A stretch of DNA of 64,000 nt from Rhynchopus sp. YZ270_cl-10 (GCA_964035575.1 OZ037836.1:1550001-1614000), one strand, 5' to 3'; shown: positions 50,501-61,284, numbered from the stretch's first letter. Made by a program: numbers and translations. The notes: generated by a model not told the origin, from the letters alone.

Positions 50501-53275
50501 CCACACCCGCCGGCGCCTGTGTGCTGCAGGTCGTGGAACTGCTATTGCAGTGACGAGGTGACGGCGGCGGCGGAGCAGGCGCACTGGACTGAGGGGCTAC
50601 GGCAGCCCGCCTACCCGGGGGCAGGCGGCATGAAGCGCAGTGCAGGGGAGGAGAGGAAGGATCCCGATGTCTTCATCGGAGTAGTGACGGGCGAGAAGGT
50701 GCGGGACACGACGGGGCTGTGTGCGCTGGCGCGTGATGCGACGGAGGAGGAACCAGGAACGCACTGGGAAGTAACCCGCCGCCTGGCAAACATCACCAAG
50801 GCAGAAGCCGCGTACGAGGGCATCCTGCTCGGGCTTCAAGGGGTGGCCGACGGGTCGTACCCGAAGGGCACCCACGCGCGCGTGTGGGTCACGCACTTGG
50901 TGGTCTGGAGGCAGGTGGCTGAGGGGCACGCCTGCGACTCGTCGTTGCTGAAGCCGAGGCTGGAGAAGGTGAAGGCGCTGCTGGGCGAGTTGAAGAAGAG
51001 GGGGATAAGGGTATCGCTGCAGCACTGCGCGAAGGCGGGGAAGGGGATGAAGGAGGCAGAGAGCAACGCCCAGCTGGTTGCAGGAGGGGTGTACGCCGCA
51101 AGGGGATGCAGGACGGAGACGCTGGCAGCTGCCGTGCAGCCAGGTGTCAAGGGACACCTGGAAAGATGGGGGTTGCGATGGGAGGAATGTGGGGGCAAGG
51201 GGGACTGTCTGTTCCGGTCGGTGGCGTGGTCTGTGGAGCGGTCCCCGAATGGTCACGCAGGCTTCCGCAGGCTCGCAGTTGAGGTGATGAAGGAGCAGAA
51301 GGCACACTACAGCCCATTTGTGGACGAGGGGTGCATTGATGCATACCTGGCAGGCATGGCGCAGCTGGGGACATGGGGGGACCATTTGTGTCTCCATGCG
51401 ATCGCCAAGGTGATGAAGGTCCGCATTGTTGTGCTTGACGTTGGACCGGAGAACGCGCTACGGGCTACGCTGATCGACGGGCAGTCCGACGGGCAGCTGG
51501 CAGAAGGAACTCCGGAGAAGGCTAACCTCACCTTCACGGAGTCTGACGTAGTCCTGGGGTTCGAGGGGGTACACTACGGTGCTGTGGAATCGGCAGGGTT
51601 GAAGGTGGGGGAGGAACTTCTGTGCGCAGTGGGACAACCGCAACTGCACGTACCGGCTACAGCTGTGAAGGGGAAGAAGAAGGCGACGGCGGTGACCCAG
51701 AGCGCAGCGGAGGATGCACTGAACCTGGCGCCCCAGGGATGGAAAATACCGGTGTGGGATGCAGTGCCCAGCAATGTGGAAGGGGTGACGCAGGTGGCGG
51801 CAGTTGCGTGGAAGGCGAGCGAACTTCTGCAGGGGTTACAGTTGCTGCACCAACTTCCGCAGATGGTGATTGTGTCCCGTTCGAAGTGTACGGGTGCAGC
51901 GCGCACGAAGAAGGCGAAGGTGGCGGTGAAGACGGAGCGGGGAGCAAAGGTGGAAGAAGTGTGGCTGTCGTCCATGACAACTAACTTGGACGACGTGGTG
52001 AAGCCGGTGGAGAGCACGTTCTCGAGCAAGCTGATTACGCTGATGGGCAGAACGATGTTGCTCCAGGGGGAGGGGCGCACAAAGGGAGAGCAACGCATGC
52101 GTCGGTGGTACGGGTTGCAGGGGGTGCGGTGTGGACGCGGCTTGGAGAGAGGAGGATGGATGGAGATGTCTGTGGACGTGACGGAGGACATGGTGTGCGC
52201 CATGCTGAGGAGAAGCGGACGGGAAGGGGTGTTTGTGCGGCACCTCTTCCAGGCAAAGGAGTACGGGGACTGTGGGTTGTTGTGGAAGGCGGAACCGCTG
52301 GAGTCTGCTCTGGCACGGCTGGACCTTGTTGAGGAGAACATGGAGGATAGCGTGCGCGGACTCGCCGTAGGGGAAGGGGGCTACGCGGTGCGGGTGATGA
52401 AGGGGGACTTGGAGGCTGCGAAGAGGCTTCTTGTGCAGGAGGACGTCGTCGTGCAGGGACACAGGTACGAGATTGGGGGAATTCCGGCGAACACGTCGGT
52501 CCAGCTGTTGTGTGAGGGGCTGGTGAGGGAGGCGAGCTGGACGGTGAAGGTGCTGTCGCGAGGGCACAAGTGGACGGTTACGTCGGATGTGCCGTGCCCG
52601 AGCACAGAAGGGGTGCTGGAGGTGGGTGGATTGGTGTTGACGGTGTGTGCGGTGAAGGAAGGGCGTCGTGTGCAGAAGGTGGGTGCGAATCCGTGGGGTT
52701 TCCCTCTGGCGCAGTTCCCAGTACCGAGGCAAGGAGCAGCAGAGAGCGGCGCTGGCACGTGGGCGGCTAAGGCGAGGGGATACGCACCACCTGCAGCTCG
52801 ACCCCACCCTGCAACAGGGGCACCGGCGGCTCCGGCACCTCCCGCAGCTTCATCAGCAGCGCAGGACGAGATAGAGATGATGAAGAAGGAGATGAAGGAA
52901 TTGCGGGAGATGATGAAGGGCGTCATGGAGCAGCAGAAGGAGATGTTGGAGGCACAGAAGCGGATGATGGGACAGCCGCAGCAGTCGGCACCAGTCGCGC
53001 AACCGCCGCAGCCTCTCGACATGGAACAGCTCAGAGCAGAATGTGCTGAGATGAAGGAGACGGTGCAGCAGTGCAAGGACCAGAACGTGCAGCTGGCAGC
53101 GGAGAGCAAGCGGCTCACGGAGGAGAACGAGGCGCTGAAGAAGGCAGCTCGCGAGGCCAAGGACAAGGCCAGGGATGCTCAAGATCGTGGCGGTGAGGAG
53201 AAGAAGAAAGATACGACGACGGACGAGAACAGCCGCCCCCGCGACACGGACAATAACCGAGAAAGGTCGTATTAA
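50411..53275 (+). CDS. Retrotransposon ORF1 (copy 2)
   Basis: 954 aa, same translation as copy 1. Confidence 0.8.
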   Translation: MFSYMVSKSRPASTRSIPGNDPSHGSAKWTPHPPAPVCCRSWNCYCSDEVTAAAEQAHWTEGLRQPAYPGAGGMKRSAGEERKDPDVFIGVVTGEKVRDTTGLCALARDATEEEPGTHWEVTRRLANITKAEAAYEGILLGLQGVADGSYPKGTHARVWVTHLVVWRQVAEGHACDSSLLKPRLEKVKALLGELKKRGIRVSLQHCAKAGKGMKEAESNAQLVAGGVYAARGCRTETLAAAVQPGVKGHLERWGLRWEECGGKGDCLFRSVAWSVERSPNGHAGFRRLAVEVMKEQKAHYSPFVDEGCIDAYLAGMAQLGTWGDHLCLHAIAKVMKVRIVVLDVGPENALRATLIDGQSDGQLAEGTPEKANLTFTESDVVLGFEGVHYGAVESAGLKVGEELLCAVGQPQLHVPATAVKGKKKATAVTQSAAEDALNLAPQGWKIPVWDAVPSNVEGVTQVAAVAWKASELLQGLQLLHQLPQMVIVSRSKCTGAARTKKAKVAVKTERGAKVEEVWLSSMTTNLDDVVKPVESTFSSKLITLMGRTMLLQGEGRTKGEQRMRRWYGLQGVRCGRGLERGGWMEMSVDVTEDMVCAMLRRSGREGVFVRHLFQAKEYGDCGLLWKAEPLESALARLDLVEENMEDSVRGLAVGEGGYAVRVMKGDLEAAKRLLVQEDVVVQGHRYEIGGIPANTSVQLLCEGLVREASWTVKVLSRGHKWTVTSDVPCPSTEGVLEVGGLVLTVCAVKEGRRVQKVGANPWGFPLAQFPVPRQGAAESGAGTWAAKARGYAPPAARPHPATGAPAAPAPPAASSAAQDEIEMMKKEMKELREMMKGVMEQQKEMLEAQKRMMGQPQQSAPVAQPPQPLDMEQLRAECAEMKETVQQCKDQNVQLAAESKRLTEENEALKKAAREAKDKARDAQDRGGEEKKKDTTTDENSRPRDTDNNRERSY

Positions 53276-53283
53276 TCACGACC

Positions 53284-56200
53284 GTGGGCCTTGCCCCACT
53301 AAAGATAGTGTGCAGCAATGTGACGGCGCTGCAGACAGGCGGGAGCTCTCTGCTGAAGGTTGCGGAGGATGCTCACGTTGTTCTGGTACAAGAGACAAAG
53401 TGCACCGTGACGACGCAGAAGCGCCTCTCCATCGAGTACCGCGAGCAGGGTTGGCAGGTGGTGTGGGGTAAGGAGTTGCCGGAATGGAGGTCGGCCGAAG
53501 AAGCGAAATCTGGTGGTGTTGCGATTCTGGTGCAAGAGGGAATACCTGTGCTCACGAGCCCGCCCTCCTCAACCTTGGAAAAGAACCTCTGGGACTCAAC
53601 GCGATGGGTGAAGGCGAAGGTGGCGTACGGCAAAGGCAACGAGTGGATCGACGTGACCTCCGTCTACGCGCCGTCGGCGGACCCGGAGGCTAGGGAGAAA
53701 ATACTTGGCGAGGTGATGGAGGCTGCTGCAGAGCTTGGTGATATTCCTGGGGTGATTGGTGGGGATTTCAACGCAGGTCCAGGGAAATCAGGTGTGCTGG
53801 CTGCTACACTGGACACAGGATGGTGGAAGGACACTGCCGAAGAGCACGCAAGGGTGCTTGGGACGACCCCGGACAACACCTACTTCTCGGTGAAAGACGG
53901 CAAGGAGATCCGCAAGAGGCTCGATTACGTTCTGCTGAACCGAGCTGCGTGCACAGGGCTGTCGTCTGTGAAGGTTGTCCACGACTCTGGGCTCCCGCAG
54001 CACAGACCGGTAGAGATAGCGCTGGATGTAGGTGCGTACAGGCAGATCGTGCTCGCGTACACTCTGCCGAAGCAGTTCCCTTTGGACAAGTGTGGACAAG
54101 GCGTGAAGAATGCACAAAAGGCGTTTGCGAGCAAGGAGCTGCAGTGGGGGGCGCTTCAACACCCTCAGGATAGGTGGATACAGTGGAACAAGTGGGCAGA
54201 GGACTTCTTGCTGCAGGCGTGCGAAGGCGAGATTGAGGGCCCGACGAAGGCGTATTGCGGAAGAGGCAAAACGTTTGACCCGAAGCCGAAGCACCGGACT
54301 GCGAAGCAGAGCAAGGAAGGGGACGCTCTGACAGTGAGCCAGAGAAGGCTGACGAAGAACGTGGGCAGGCTGGAAGAATGTCGGCTGTGGTACGTGAGGA
54401 GCAACGGTGGTGTGCCGCCACATGACGTGTGCAATTGTTGGAGCAAGGCGCGGAAGGAACTGCGTGTTCTGCTGGACGACGACTCACTGCAACAGGATAT
54501 GCCTAGCGAGGAGGCTTTGGTGGATCTGTGCAGAGCCGTGCGAGTGAAGGTGTCAACGCTTGCGGACCGAGTGAAGCGGAAGCGACTGGAGGACTGGCGG
54601 CAGCGCCTACGGGATGCATGGCACAATGCTCCCAAGGCGATCTTCAAATACTGCAAGGACGAACAGTACAGGAAGATGACTGCCCTGAAGAACGAGGATG
54701 GGAAGTTCACCGCCAACGCTGAGGAGATGGACACCCTCCTGCATGAGGCGTGGATGCCGATTCTTCGCCGATATGCGGAAAAGCCAGAGCCCGACTGGGG
54801 TGCGTTTAGGGAGAAGTTTACAGAAGACATCGCAGGCAAGGGGCAAGCGATGCAGATGGACAGGCTGACGGGGAAGGAGTTGCAGCAAACTCTGGGGAGG
54901 ATGAAGACACAAACTTCTGCTGGGGTGGAGGGTTGGCGCATGGTAGAGCTGAAGGCGCTTCCTCTGGTGCTGCTCGACAGGCTGGCAGATGTGTTTGATG
55001 CGATTGAGTGTACGGGGGAGTGGCCGCCTTCTTTGATGAGAGCACTCATTGCGCTCATCCCCAAAGGGGAAGACGACACCCCGCTGAAGCAGCGACCTAT
55101 CACGATCACTTCGTGTATCTACAGACTGTGGGCGGCAGCGAGGTTGCGAAGGCTGATAAAGTGGCAGGAAAGCTGGATTGGTGAGCAACAGCACGGCTTC
55201 AGAGCAGGACACAGCACTGCACACCTGTACTGGCATCTGTCGCTCAAGCTGGAGAAGGCGGTACTGTCGGGTGACGACACAGACCAGGTATGGGGCTTCA
55301 CGATCGACTACGCCAAATGTTTCGATCGTGTACCTCATGAGATTGTGCTATCGCTGGCGGAGGAGTGGGGCGCGCACTGGCGTATTCTTGGACCACTGAG
55401 GGCTGCGTACACTGCCATGGAACGCCGCTTCAAGTTGGGAGACGTAGGTGTGGGAGGCACCTTTCGTACGACAAATGGTATCCTGCAAGGATGCCCACTT
55501 TCTGTCGTGCTGTTGAACGCGCTGATGGCGGTGTGGGGATCTGCAGTGACGAGAAGGACCGGAGCAATCGCCATGGGGTACGCTGACGACGTGTATGCTG
55601 TGGCGAACACGGAAGCGGAGGTGCATGGTGCTGCGAGGGTGACGAAGGAGTTTATCACTGCTGCGGACATGGAGGTCAAGGCAGAGAAGTGCGTAGGGTT
55701 TACCTCGAAGGAGGGAACAAAGACGAAGTTTGGACTTGGCGACGGGCTCTTCCCCGACAAGAAGCAGTTCGGGGCGGTTGGAGCAGACATTTTGGCTGGA
55801 AAGGGGAACTTCGGGCCCATCGCGCGTGAGCGTGCGGTTACTGCGCACCGTGTGTTTACGAGGGTTTCGAGTGTGCCTTTATCCTTCACTGAGAAGGCAC
55901 TTATTGGCGCAAGGGGACCAATGATGGCAGCGTTGCATGGGTGCGAAGTGACAGACTTCTCAAAGCAGACCATAGAGACGCTGAGGCAAGGGGCAGCACT
56001 GGCAGTCTGGGGGCAGGGCAGGAAGCAGCGCACGCTGAACATTGTGTGGCATGTGTTATCTCCGGTTGGGATTGATGCGCCAGCGGAGATTGTGCAGAGG
56101 AGGATGGCGGCCTTTCTCCGACTGACAGAAGATGACGGCATGCGGAGAGAAGCAGAAGACGTGTGGAGGCTGGCACATGACCGAAGAGCGGAGCGGGAGG

Positions 56201-58050
56201 TGAGGCGGCGTGACAGGGCTTCAGATCTGGCACGTCTCCGGCGCGAGAACCCTGGGGTTGCCAACCCAAGGGTTACTGAAGTGCACAAGAAGGGTGTGAT
56301 AGAGTTGTTGTGGGACGACCTGGAGCGATACGGATGGCGGTGGAGCAGCTTCGACTTCTGGACCACACACATCGGGTTGAGGGTGCACGTTCGTCTGTGG
56401 GACAAGGGCAAATGGCTGCATGAGCTGAGAGAGGGCATCCGTGCACACGCGTACCGCCTGACAGTGACGACGAGGCCGTCGATGCAGGGCATTGAGGGAG
56501 GTGTGGATCGCCAGGCGACGAACGCAGTGTGGAAGGACCGCACGACCGACAGATACCTGGCGGGCGCGATACGCGGAGCCTTGTCGGGCTCTCAGTTGGT
56601 GGGGGTGCAGCTGCTGAGGAACAAGGAGGTGGAGACTTCGTTGTGCCGATACTGTGGTGAGGCGATAGAGGACCGGAGACACGCTTGGTGGTGGTGCCCG
56701 CAGTGGGACGAAATTCGTGGAGAGGACATCGGAAAACTCCGGGTTTTGCTCAAAGACGCACCCCCGTGCTTCTTGGACTTTGGCCTGGTGCCGACGATAT
56801 TCTTGCAGGAGCTGAGTGTTGCGGAGAGAGAGCAGACGGTGCGTCGTGTGCAACTGATGCTGGTCAGCATCGCGCTGGCAAGGCAGAAGTACGACGTGGA
56901 ACATGGGTTTTCGCAGAAGAAGAAGAAGCAAGCGGTGGTGGGCCAATCCCTTTTTCCTTGGGGCTGGAATCCTCAGGAGGGTGCAGTGCTTGAGAGCTAC
57001 AACCCGCTGGAGAACGTACTGTGGGGGAGCAAGTACATGAAGAAGAGTCCACGCTGGACGGAAGACCACTTCTGGGCGCTGAAGGCATGGCTCGCTGCAT
57101 TGCGTTGGCCTGATGGCACAACGCCCCCCATCACGCAGCTCGAGCTCATGCTGGACTTTGAGATCTTCTCGGGGTTGGACGTACCGGGTGAGACGGTGTT
57201 GAAGAGGGCCGAATCTTTTGGTGCCATGATGCGGACGGCGAAAACGATGGCGCGTGGAAGGGACGTATGGAAAGGAGTGGAGAAGAGGGAGGTGCACCAC
57301 TTACAGGAACTGGGTGCGGGGATCATGACGGGGTATTCTGTGCGACCTGTGCTGACGCATGCGGCGGGGGTTGAAGGATACCTGAAGGAGTTGCAGGAGA
57401 AGGCGACGTCGCGGAGAGCACTCTCCCGACAAAAGGAAAAGACGAAGGCGAGGTGGGGTGACGACGCGGATGTGGCTCATACTTCCACTCCGGAAGAACG
57501 CTCAGCAAAGAACGAACGCTGGAAGGAAGCGAAGGAAGAGCAGAAGCAGGCAGAGGAGGTGCGTAGTAGAGCTGCGATAGCTGCAGTTGCGGCAGAGCAG
57601 ATTCGACGACAGGAGGCACGCAGGCGGCAGACACCGGCTGTGCGTGTGGACGTAAGGAGGAAGGTGGGGGCCATGCGGGTGTGTGACATACACACCAAGA
57701 TGCGATGCGGGGACTGCGAGCACAACAACATCTCCATCACGGCGTGTTGTGCGACGCACCATTGTGATGAGCTTATTTTGGGTGACTGTGTGGAGGCGCG
57801 TGAGGCGTGTGAGGTGCATAACTTCTCGATGTGCGGACAGTGTGCGGGTGCGGGGAACGTGTCGATGAAGCAGTGCTGTCAGAAGCACCACAACTGTGTG
57901 GCCCACGGGAGGGGTGCTTGCGGTGCATGTGTGCAGGCGGGACGGAAGAGGAAGAAGGACGGATTGCCGATGCTGGCGTCTCCTCAGGCCTGTTGCGGGA
58001 AAGGGCACCACGACACGTCCCAGGGGCGTCTCGGGTTTGCCCCGCGATAA
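53284..58050 (+). CDS. Retrotransposon ORF2 APE-RT (copy 2)
   Basis: 1588 aa; visible difference from copy 1: KTMARG vs KTMAHG. Confidence 0.95.
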   Translation: MGLAPLKIVCSNVTALQTGGSSLLKVAEDAHVVLVQETKCTVTTQKRLSIEYREQGWQVVWGKELPEWRSAEEAKSGGVAILVQEGIPVLTSPPSSTLEKNLWDSTRWVKAKVAYGKGNEWIDVTSVYAPSADPEAREKILGEVMEAAAELGDIPGVIGGDFNAGPGKSGVLAATLDTGWWKDTAEEHARVLGTTPDNTYFSVKDGKEIRKRLDYVLLNRAACTGLSSVKVVHDSGLPQHRPVEIALDVGAYRQIVLAYTLPKQFPLDKCGQGVKNAQKAFASKELQWGALQHPQDRWIQWNKWAEDFLLQACEGEIEGPTKAYCGRGKTFDPKPKHRTAKQSKEGDALTVSQRRLTKNVGRLEECRLWYVRSNGGVPPHDVCNCWSKARKELRVLLDDDSLQQDMPSEEALVDLCRAVRVKVSTLADRVKRKRLEDWRQRLRDAWHNAPKAIFKYCKDEQYRKMTALKNEDGKFTANAEEMDTLLHEAWMPILRRYAEKPEPDWGAFREKFTEDIAGKGQAMQMDRLTGKELQQTLGRMKTQTSAGVEGWRMVELKALPLVLLDRLADVFDAIECTGEWPPSLMRALIALIPKGEDDTPLKQRPITITSCIYRLWAAARLRRLIKWQESWIGEQQHGFRAGHSTAHLYWHLSLKLEKAVLSGDDTDQVWGFTIDYAKCFDRVPHEIVLSLAEEWGAHWRILGPLRAAYTAMERRFKLGDVGVGGTFRTTNGILQGCPLSVVLLNALMAVWGSAVTRRTGAIAMGYADDVYAVANTEAEVHGAARVTKEFITAADMEVKAEKCVGFTSKEGTKTKFGLGDGLFPDKKQFGAVGADILAGKGNFGPIARERAVTAHRVFTRVSSVPLSFTEKALIGARGPMMAALHGCEVTDFSKQTIETLRQGAALAVWGQGRKQRTLNIVWHVLSPVGIDAPAEIVQRRMAAFLRLTEDDGMRREAEDVWRLAHDRRAEREVRRRDRASDLARLRRENPGVANPRVTEVHKKGVIELLWDDLERYGWRWSSFDFWTTHIGLRVHVRLWDKGKWLHELREGIRAHAYRLTVTTRPSMQGIEGGVDRQATNAVWKDRTTDRYLAGAIRGALSGSQLVGVQLLRNKEVETSLCRYCGEAIEDRRHAWWWCPQWDEIRGEDIGKLRVLLKDAPPCFLDFGLVPTIFLQELSVAEREQTVRRVQLMLVSIALARQKYDVEHGFSQKKKKQAVVGQSLFPWGWNPQEGAVLESYNPLENVLWGSKYMKKSPRWTEDHFWALKAWLAALRWPDGTTPPITQLELMLDFEIFSGLDVPGETVLKRAESFGAMMRTAKTMARGRDVWKGVEKREVHHLQELGAGIMTGYSVRPVLTHAAGVEGYLKELQEKATSRRALSRQKEKTKARWGDDADVAHTSTPEERSAKNERWKEAKEEQKQAEEVRSRAAIAAVAAEQIRRQEARRRQTPAVRVDVRRKVGAMRVCDIHTKMRCGDCEHNNISITACCATHHCDELILGDCVEAREACEVHNFSMCGQCAGAGNVSMKQCCQKHHNCVAHGRGACGACVQAGRKRKKDGLPMLASPQACCGKGHHDTSQGRLGFAPR

Positions 58051-58128
58051 CGAAGGTGGTCACGTGGCGCCTTTCTCACCTCTCAGTTCATCTGAGAAGG
58101 TGGGGATGGGTCACGTCAACAAGTTTAA

Positions 58129-58371
58129 CTCTTTAACCACCCTGGATCTGACATCACTCAACAACGTTACGCAGCTTGAGGGGTATTTTCTTTCCCTCTG
58201 CGAAGCTTTAAGCAACCTGGCTCTGACACCGCTCAGCAACGTTGCGAGTATTGAGACTTGCTTTCTTAACGGCTGTAAATCTTTAACCACCCTGGATCTG
58301 ACACCACTCAACAACGTGACGGTGATTGCGAGTAGCTTTCTTTCCGGCTGCAACTCGTTTACCACCCTGGA
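58129..58371 (+). pseudogene. Ubl-LRR gene 6, three LRRs stranded between copies 2 and 3
   Basis: 243 bp = 18-bp TSD + 3 x 75 bp. Confidence 0.9.
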
Positions 58372-58501
58372 GGGATACACACAACGTACACAAAAAGAAA
58401 GAATATAAACAATGTTTTCGTACATGGTGTCGAAGTCACGTCCAGCCTCCACGCGGAGTATCCCGGGCAACGATCCGTCACACGGATCGGCCAAGTGGAC
58501 G
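58372..58501 (+). ncRNA. HDV-like ribozyme (copy 3)
   Basis: Same sequence as 36831-36960. Confidence 0.85.
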
Positions 58502-61276
58502 CCACACCCGCCGGCGCCTGTGTGCTGCAGGTCGTGGAACTGCTATTGCAGTGACGAGGTGACGGCGGCGGCGGAGCAGGCGCACTGGACTGAGGGGCTA
58601 CGGCAGCCCGCCTACCCGGGGGCAGGCGGCATGAAGCGCAGTGCAGGGGAGGAGAGGAAGGATCCCGATGTCTTCATCGGAGTAGTGACGGGCGAGAAGG
58701 TGCGGGACACGACGGGGCTGTGTGCGCTGGCGCGTGATGCGACGGAGGAGGAACCAGGAACGCACTGGGAAGTAACCCGCCGCCTGGCAAACATCACCAA
58801 GGCAGAAGCCGCGTACGAGGGCATCCTGCTCGGGCTTCAAGGGGTGGCCGACGGGTCGTACCCGAAGGGCACCCACGCGCGCGTGTGGGTCACGCACTTG
58901 GTGGTCTGGAGGCAGGTGGCTGAGGGGCACGCCTGCGACTCGTCGTTGCTGAAGCCGAGGCTGGAGAAGGTGAAGGCGCTGCTGGGCGAGTTGAAGAAGA
59001 GGGGGATAAGGGTATCGCTGCAGCACTGCGCGAAGGCGGGGAAGGGGATGAAGGAGGCAGAGAGCAACGCCCAGCTGGTTGCAGGAGGGGTGTACGCCGC
59101 AAGGGGATGCAGGACGGAGACGCTGGCAGCTGCCGTGCAGCCAGGTGTCAAGGGACACCTGGAAAGATGGGGGTTGCGATGGGAGGAATGTGGGGGCAAG
59201 GGGGACTGTCTGTTCCGGTCGGTGGCGTGGTCTGTGGAGCGGTCCCCGAATGGTCACGCAGGCTTCCGCAGGCTCGCAGTTGAGGTGATGAAGGAGCAGA
59301 AGGCACACTACAGCCCATTTGTGGACGAGGGGTGCATTGATGCATACCTGGCAGGCATGGCGCAGCTGGGGACATGGGGGGACCATTTGTGTCTCCATGC
59401 GATCGCCAAGGTGATGAAGGTCCGCATTGTTGTGCTTGACGTTGGACCGGAGAACGCGCTACGGGCTACGCTGATCGACGGGCAGTCCGACGGGCAGCTG
59501 GCAGAAGGAACTCCGGAGAAGGCTAACCTCACCTTCACGGAGTCTGACGTAGTCCTGGGGTTCGAGGGGGTACACTACGGTGCTGTGGAATCGGCAGGGT
59601 TGAAGGTGGGGGAGGAACTTCTGTGCGCAGTGGGACAACCGCAACTGCACGTACCGGCTACAGCTGTGAAGGGGAAGAAGAAGGCGACGGCGGTGACCCA
59701 GAGCGCAGCGGAGGATGCACTGAACCTGGCGCCCCAGGGATGGAAAATACCGGTGTGGGATGCAGTGCCCAGCAATGTGGAAGGGGTGACGCAGGTGGCG
59801 GCAGTTGCGTGGAAGGCGAGCGAACTTCTGCAGGGGTTACAGTTGCTGCACCAACTTCCGCAGATGGTGATTGTGTCCCGTTCGAAGTGTACGGGTGCAG
59901 CGCGCACGAAGAAGGCGAAGGTGGCGGTGAAGACGGAGCGGGGAGCAAAGGTGGAAGAAGTGTGGCTGTCGTCCATGACAACTAACTTGGACGACGTGGT
60001 GAAGCCGGTGGAGAGCACGTTCTCGAGCAAGCTGATTACGCTGATGGGCAGAACGATGTTGCTCCAGGGGGAGGGGCGCACAAAGGGAGAGCAACGCATG
60101 CGTCGGTGGTACGGGTTGCAGGGGGTGCGGTGTGGACGCGGCTTGGAGAGAGGAGGATGGATGGAGATGTCTGTGGACGTGACGGAGGACATGGTGTGCG
60201 CCATGCTGAGGAGAAGCGGACGGGAAGGGGTGTTTGTGCGGCACCTCTTCCAGGCAAAGGAGTACGGGGACTGTGGGTTGTTGTGGAAGGCGGAACCGCT
60301 GGAGTCTGCTCTGGCACGGCTGGACCTTGTTGAGGAGAACATGGAGGATAGCGTGCGCGGACTCGCCGTAGGGGAAGGGGGCTACGCGGTGCGGGTGATG
60401 AAGGGGGACTTGGAGGCTGCGAAGAGGCTTCTTGTGCAGGAGGACGTCGTCGTGCAGGGACACAGGTACGAGATTGGGGGAATTCCGGCGAACACGTCGG
60501 TCCAGCTGTTGTGTGAGGGGCTGGTGAGGGAGGCGAGCTGGACGGTGAAGGTGCTGTCGCGAGGGCACAAGTGGACGGTTACGTCGGATGTGCCGTGCCC
60601 GAGCACAGAAGGGGTGCTGGAGGTGGGTGGATTGGTGTTGACGGTGTGTGCGGTGAAGGAAGGGCGTCGTGTGCAGAAGGTGGGTGCGAATCCGTGGGGT
60701 TTCCCTCTGGCGCAGTTCCCAGTACCGAGGCAAGGAGCAGCAGAGAGCGGCGCTGGCACGTGGGCGGCTAAGGCGAGGGGATACGCACCACCTGCAGCTC
60801 GACCCCACCCTGCAACAGGGGCACCGGCGGCTCCGGCACCTCCCGCAGCTTCATCAGCAGCGCAGGACGAGATAGAGATGATGAAGAAGGAGATGAAGGA
60901 ATTGCGGGAGATGATGAAGGGCGTCATGGAGCAGCAGAAGGAGATGTTGGAGGCACAGAAGCGGATGATGGGACAGCCGCAGCAGTCGGCACCAGTCGCG
61001 CAACCGCCGCAGCCTCTCGACATGGAACAGCTCAGAGCAGAATGTGCTGAGATGAAGGAGACGGTGCAGCAGTGCAAGGACCAGAACGTGCAGCTGGCAG
61101 CGGAGAGCAAGCGGCTCACGGAGGAGAACGAGGCGCTGAAGAAGGCAGCTCGCGAGGCCAAGGACAAGGCCAGGGATGCTCAAGATCGTGGCGGTGAGGA
61201 GAAGAAGAAAGATACGACGACGGACGAGAACAGCCGCCCCCGCGACACGGACAATAACCGAGAAAGGTCGTATTAA
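58412..61276 (+). CDS. Retrotransposon ORF1 (copy 3)
   Basis: 954 aa, same translation as copy 1. Confidence 0.8.
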   Translation: MFSYMVSKSRPASTRSIPGNDPSHGSAKWTPHPPAPVCCRSWNCYCSDEVTAAAEQAHWTEGLRQPAYPGAGGMKRSAGEERKDPDVFIGVVTGEKVRDTTGLCALARDATEEEPGTHWEVTRRLANITKAEAAYEGILLGLQGVADGSYPKGTHARVWVTHLVVWRQVAEGHACDSSLLKPRLEKVKALLGELKKRGIRVSLQHCAKAGKGMKEAESNAQLVAGGVYAARGCRTETLAAAVQPGVKGHLERWGLRWEECGGKGDCLFRSVAWSVERSPNGHAGFRRLAVEVMKEQKAHYSPFVDEGCIDAYLAGMAQLGTWGDHLCLHAIAKVMKVRIVVLDVGPENALRATLIDGQSDGQLAEGTPEKANLTFTESDVVLGFEGVHYGAVESAGLKVGEELLCAVGQPQLHVPATAVKGKKKATAVTQSAAEDALNLAPQGWKIPVWDAVPSNVEGVTQVAAVAWKASELLQGLQLLHQLPQMVIVSRSKCTGAARTKKAKVAVKTERGAKVEEVWLSSMTTNLDDVVKPVESTFSSKLITLMGRTMLLQGEGRTKGEQRMRRWYGLQGVRCGRGLERGGWMEMSVDVTEDMVCAMLRRSGREGVFVRHLFQAKEYGDCGLLWKAEPLESALARLDLVEENMEDSVRGLAVGEGGYAVRVMKGDLEAAKRLLVQEDVVVQGHRYEIGGIPANTSVQLLCEGLVREASWTVKVLSRGHKWTVTSDVPCPSTEGVLEVGGLVLTVCAVKEGRRVQKVGANPWGFPLAQFPVPRQGAAESGAGTWAAKARGYAPPAARPHPATGAPAAPAPPAASSAAQDEIEMMKKEMKELREMMKGVMEQQKEMLEAQKRMMGQPQQSAPVAQPPQPLDMEQLRAECAEMKETVQQCKDQNVQLAAESKRLTEENEALKKAAREAKDKARDAQDRGGEEKKKDTTTDENSRPRDTDNNRERSY

Positions 61277-61284
61277 TCACGACC

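Larger units (their letters stand above)
50371..58128 (+). mobile_element. Full-length site-specific non-LTR retrotransposon, copy 2 (7758 bp)
   Basis: TSD CTCTTTAACCACCCTGGA at 50353-50370 and 58129-58146 (AA microhomology makes it 18-20 bp). Confidence 0.95.

Noticed and set aside
36070..58371. RT next to variable LRR genes as a diversity-generating retroelement
   Set aside because: RT is LINE-type with APE and TSDs; no template/variable repeat pair or adenine-specific variation is evident
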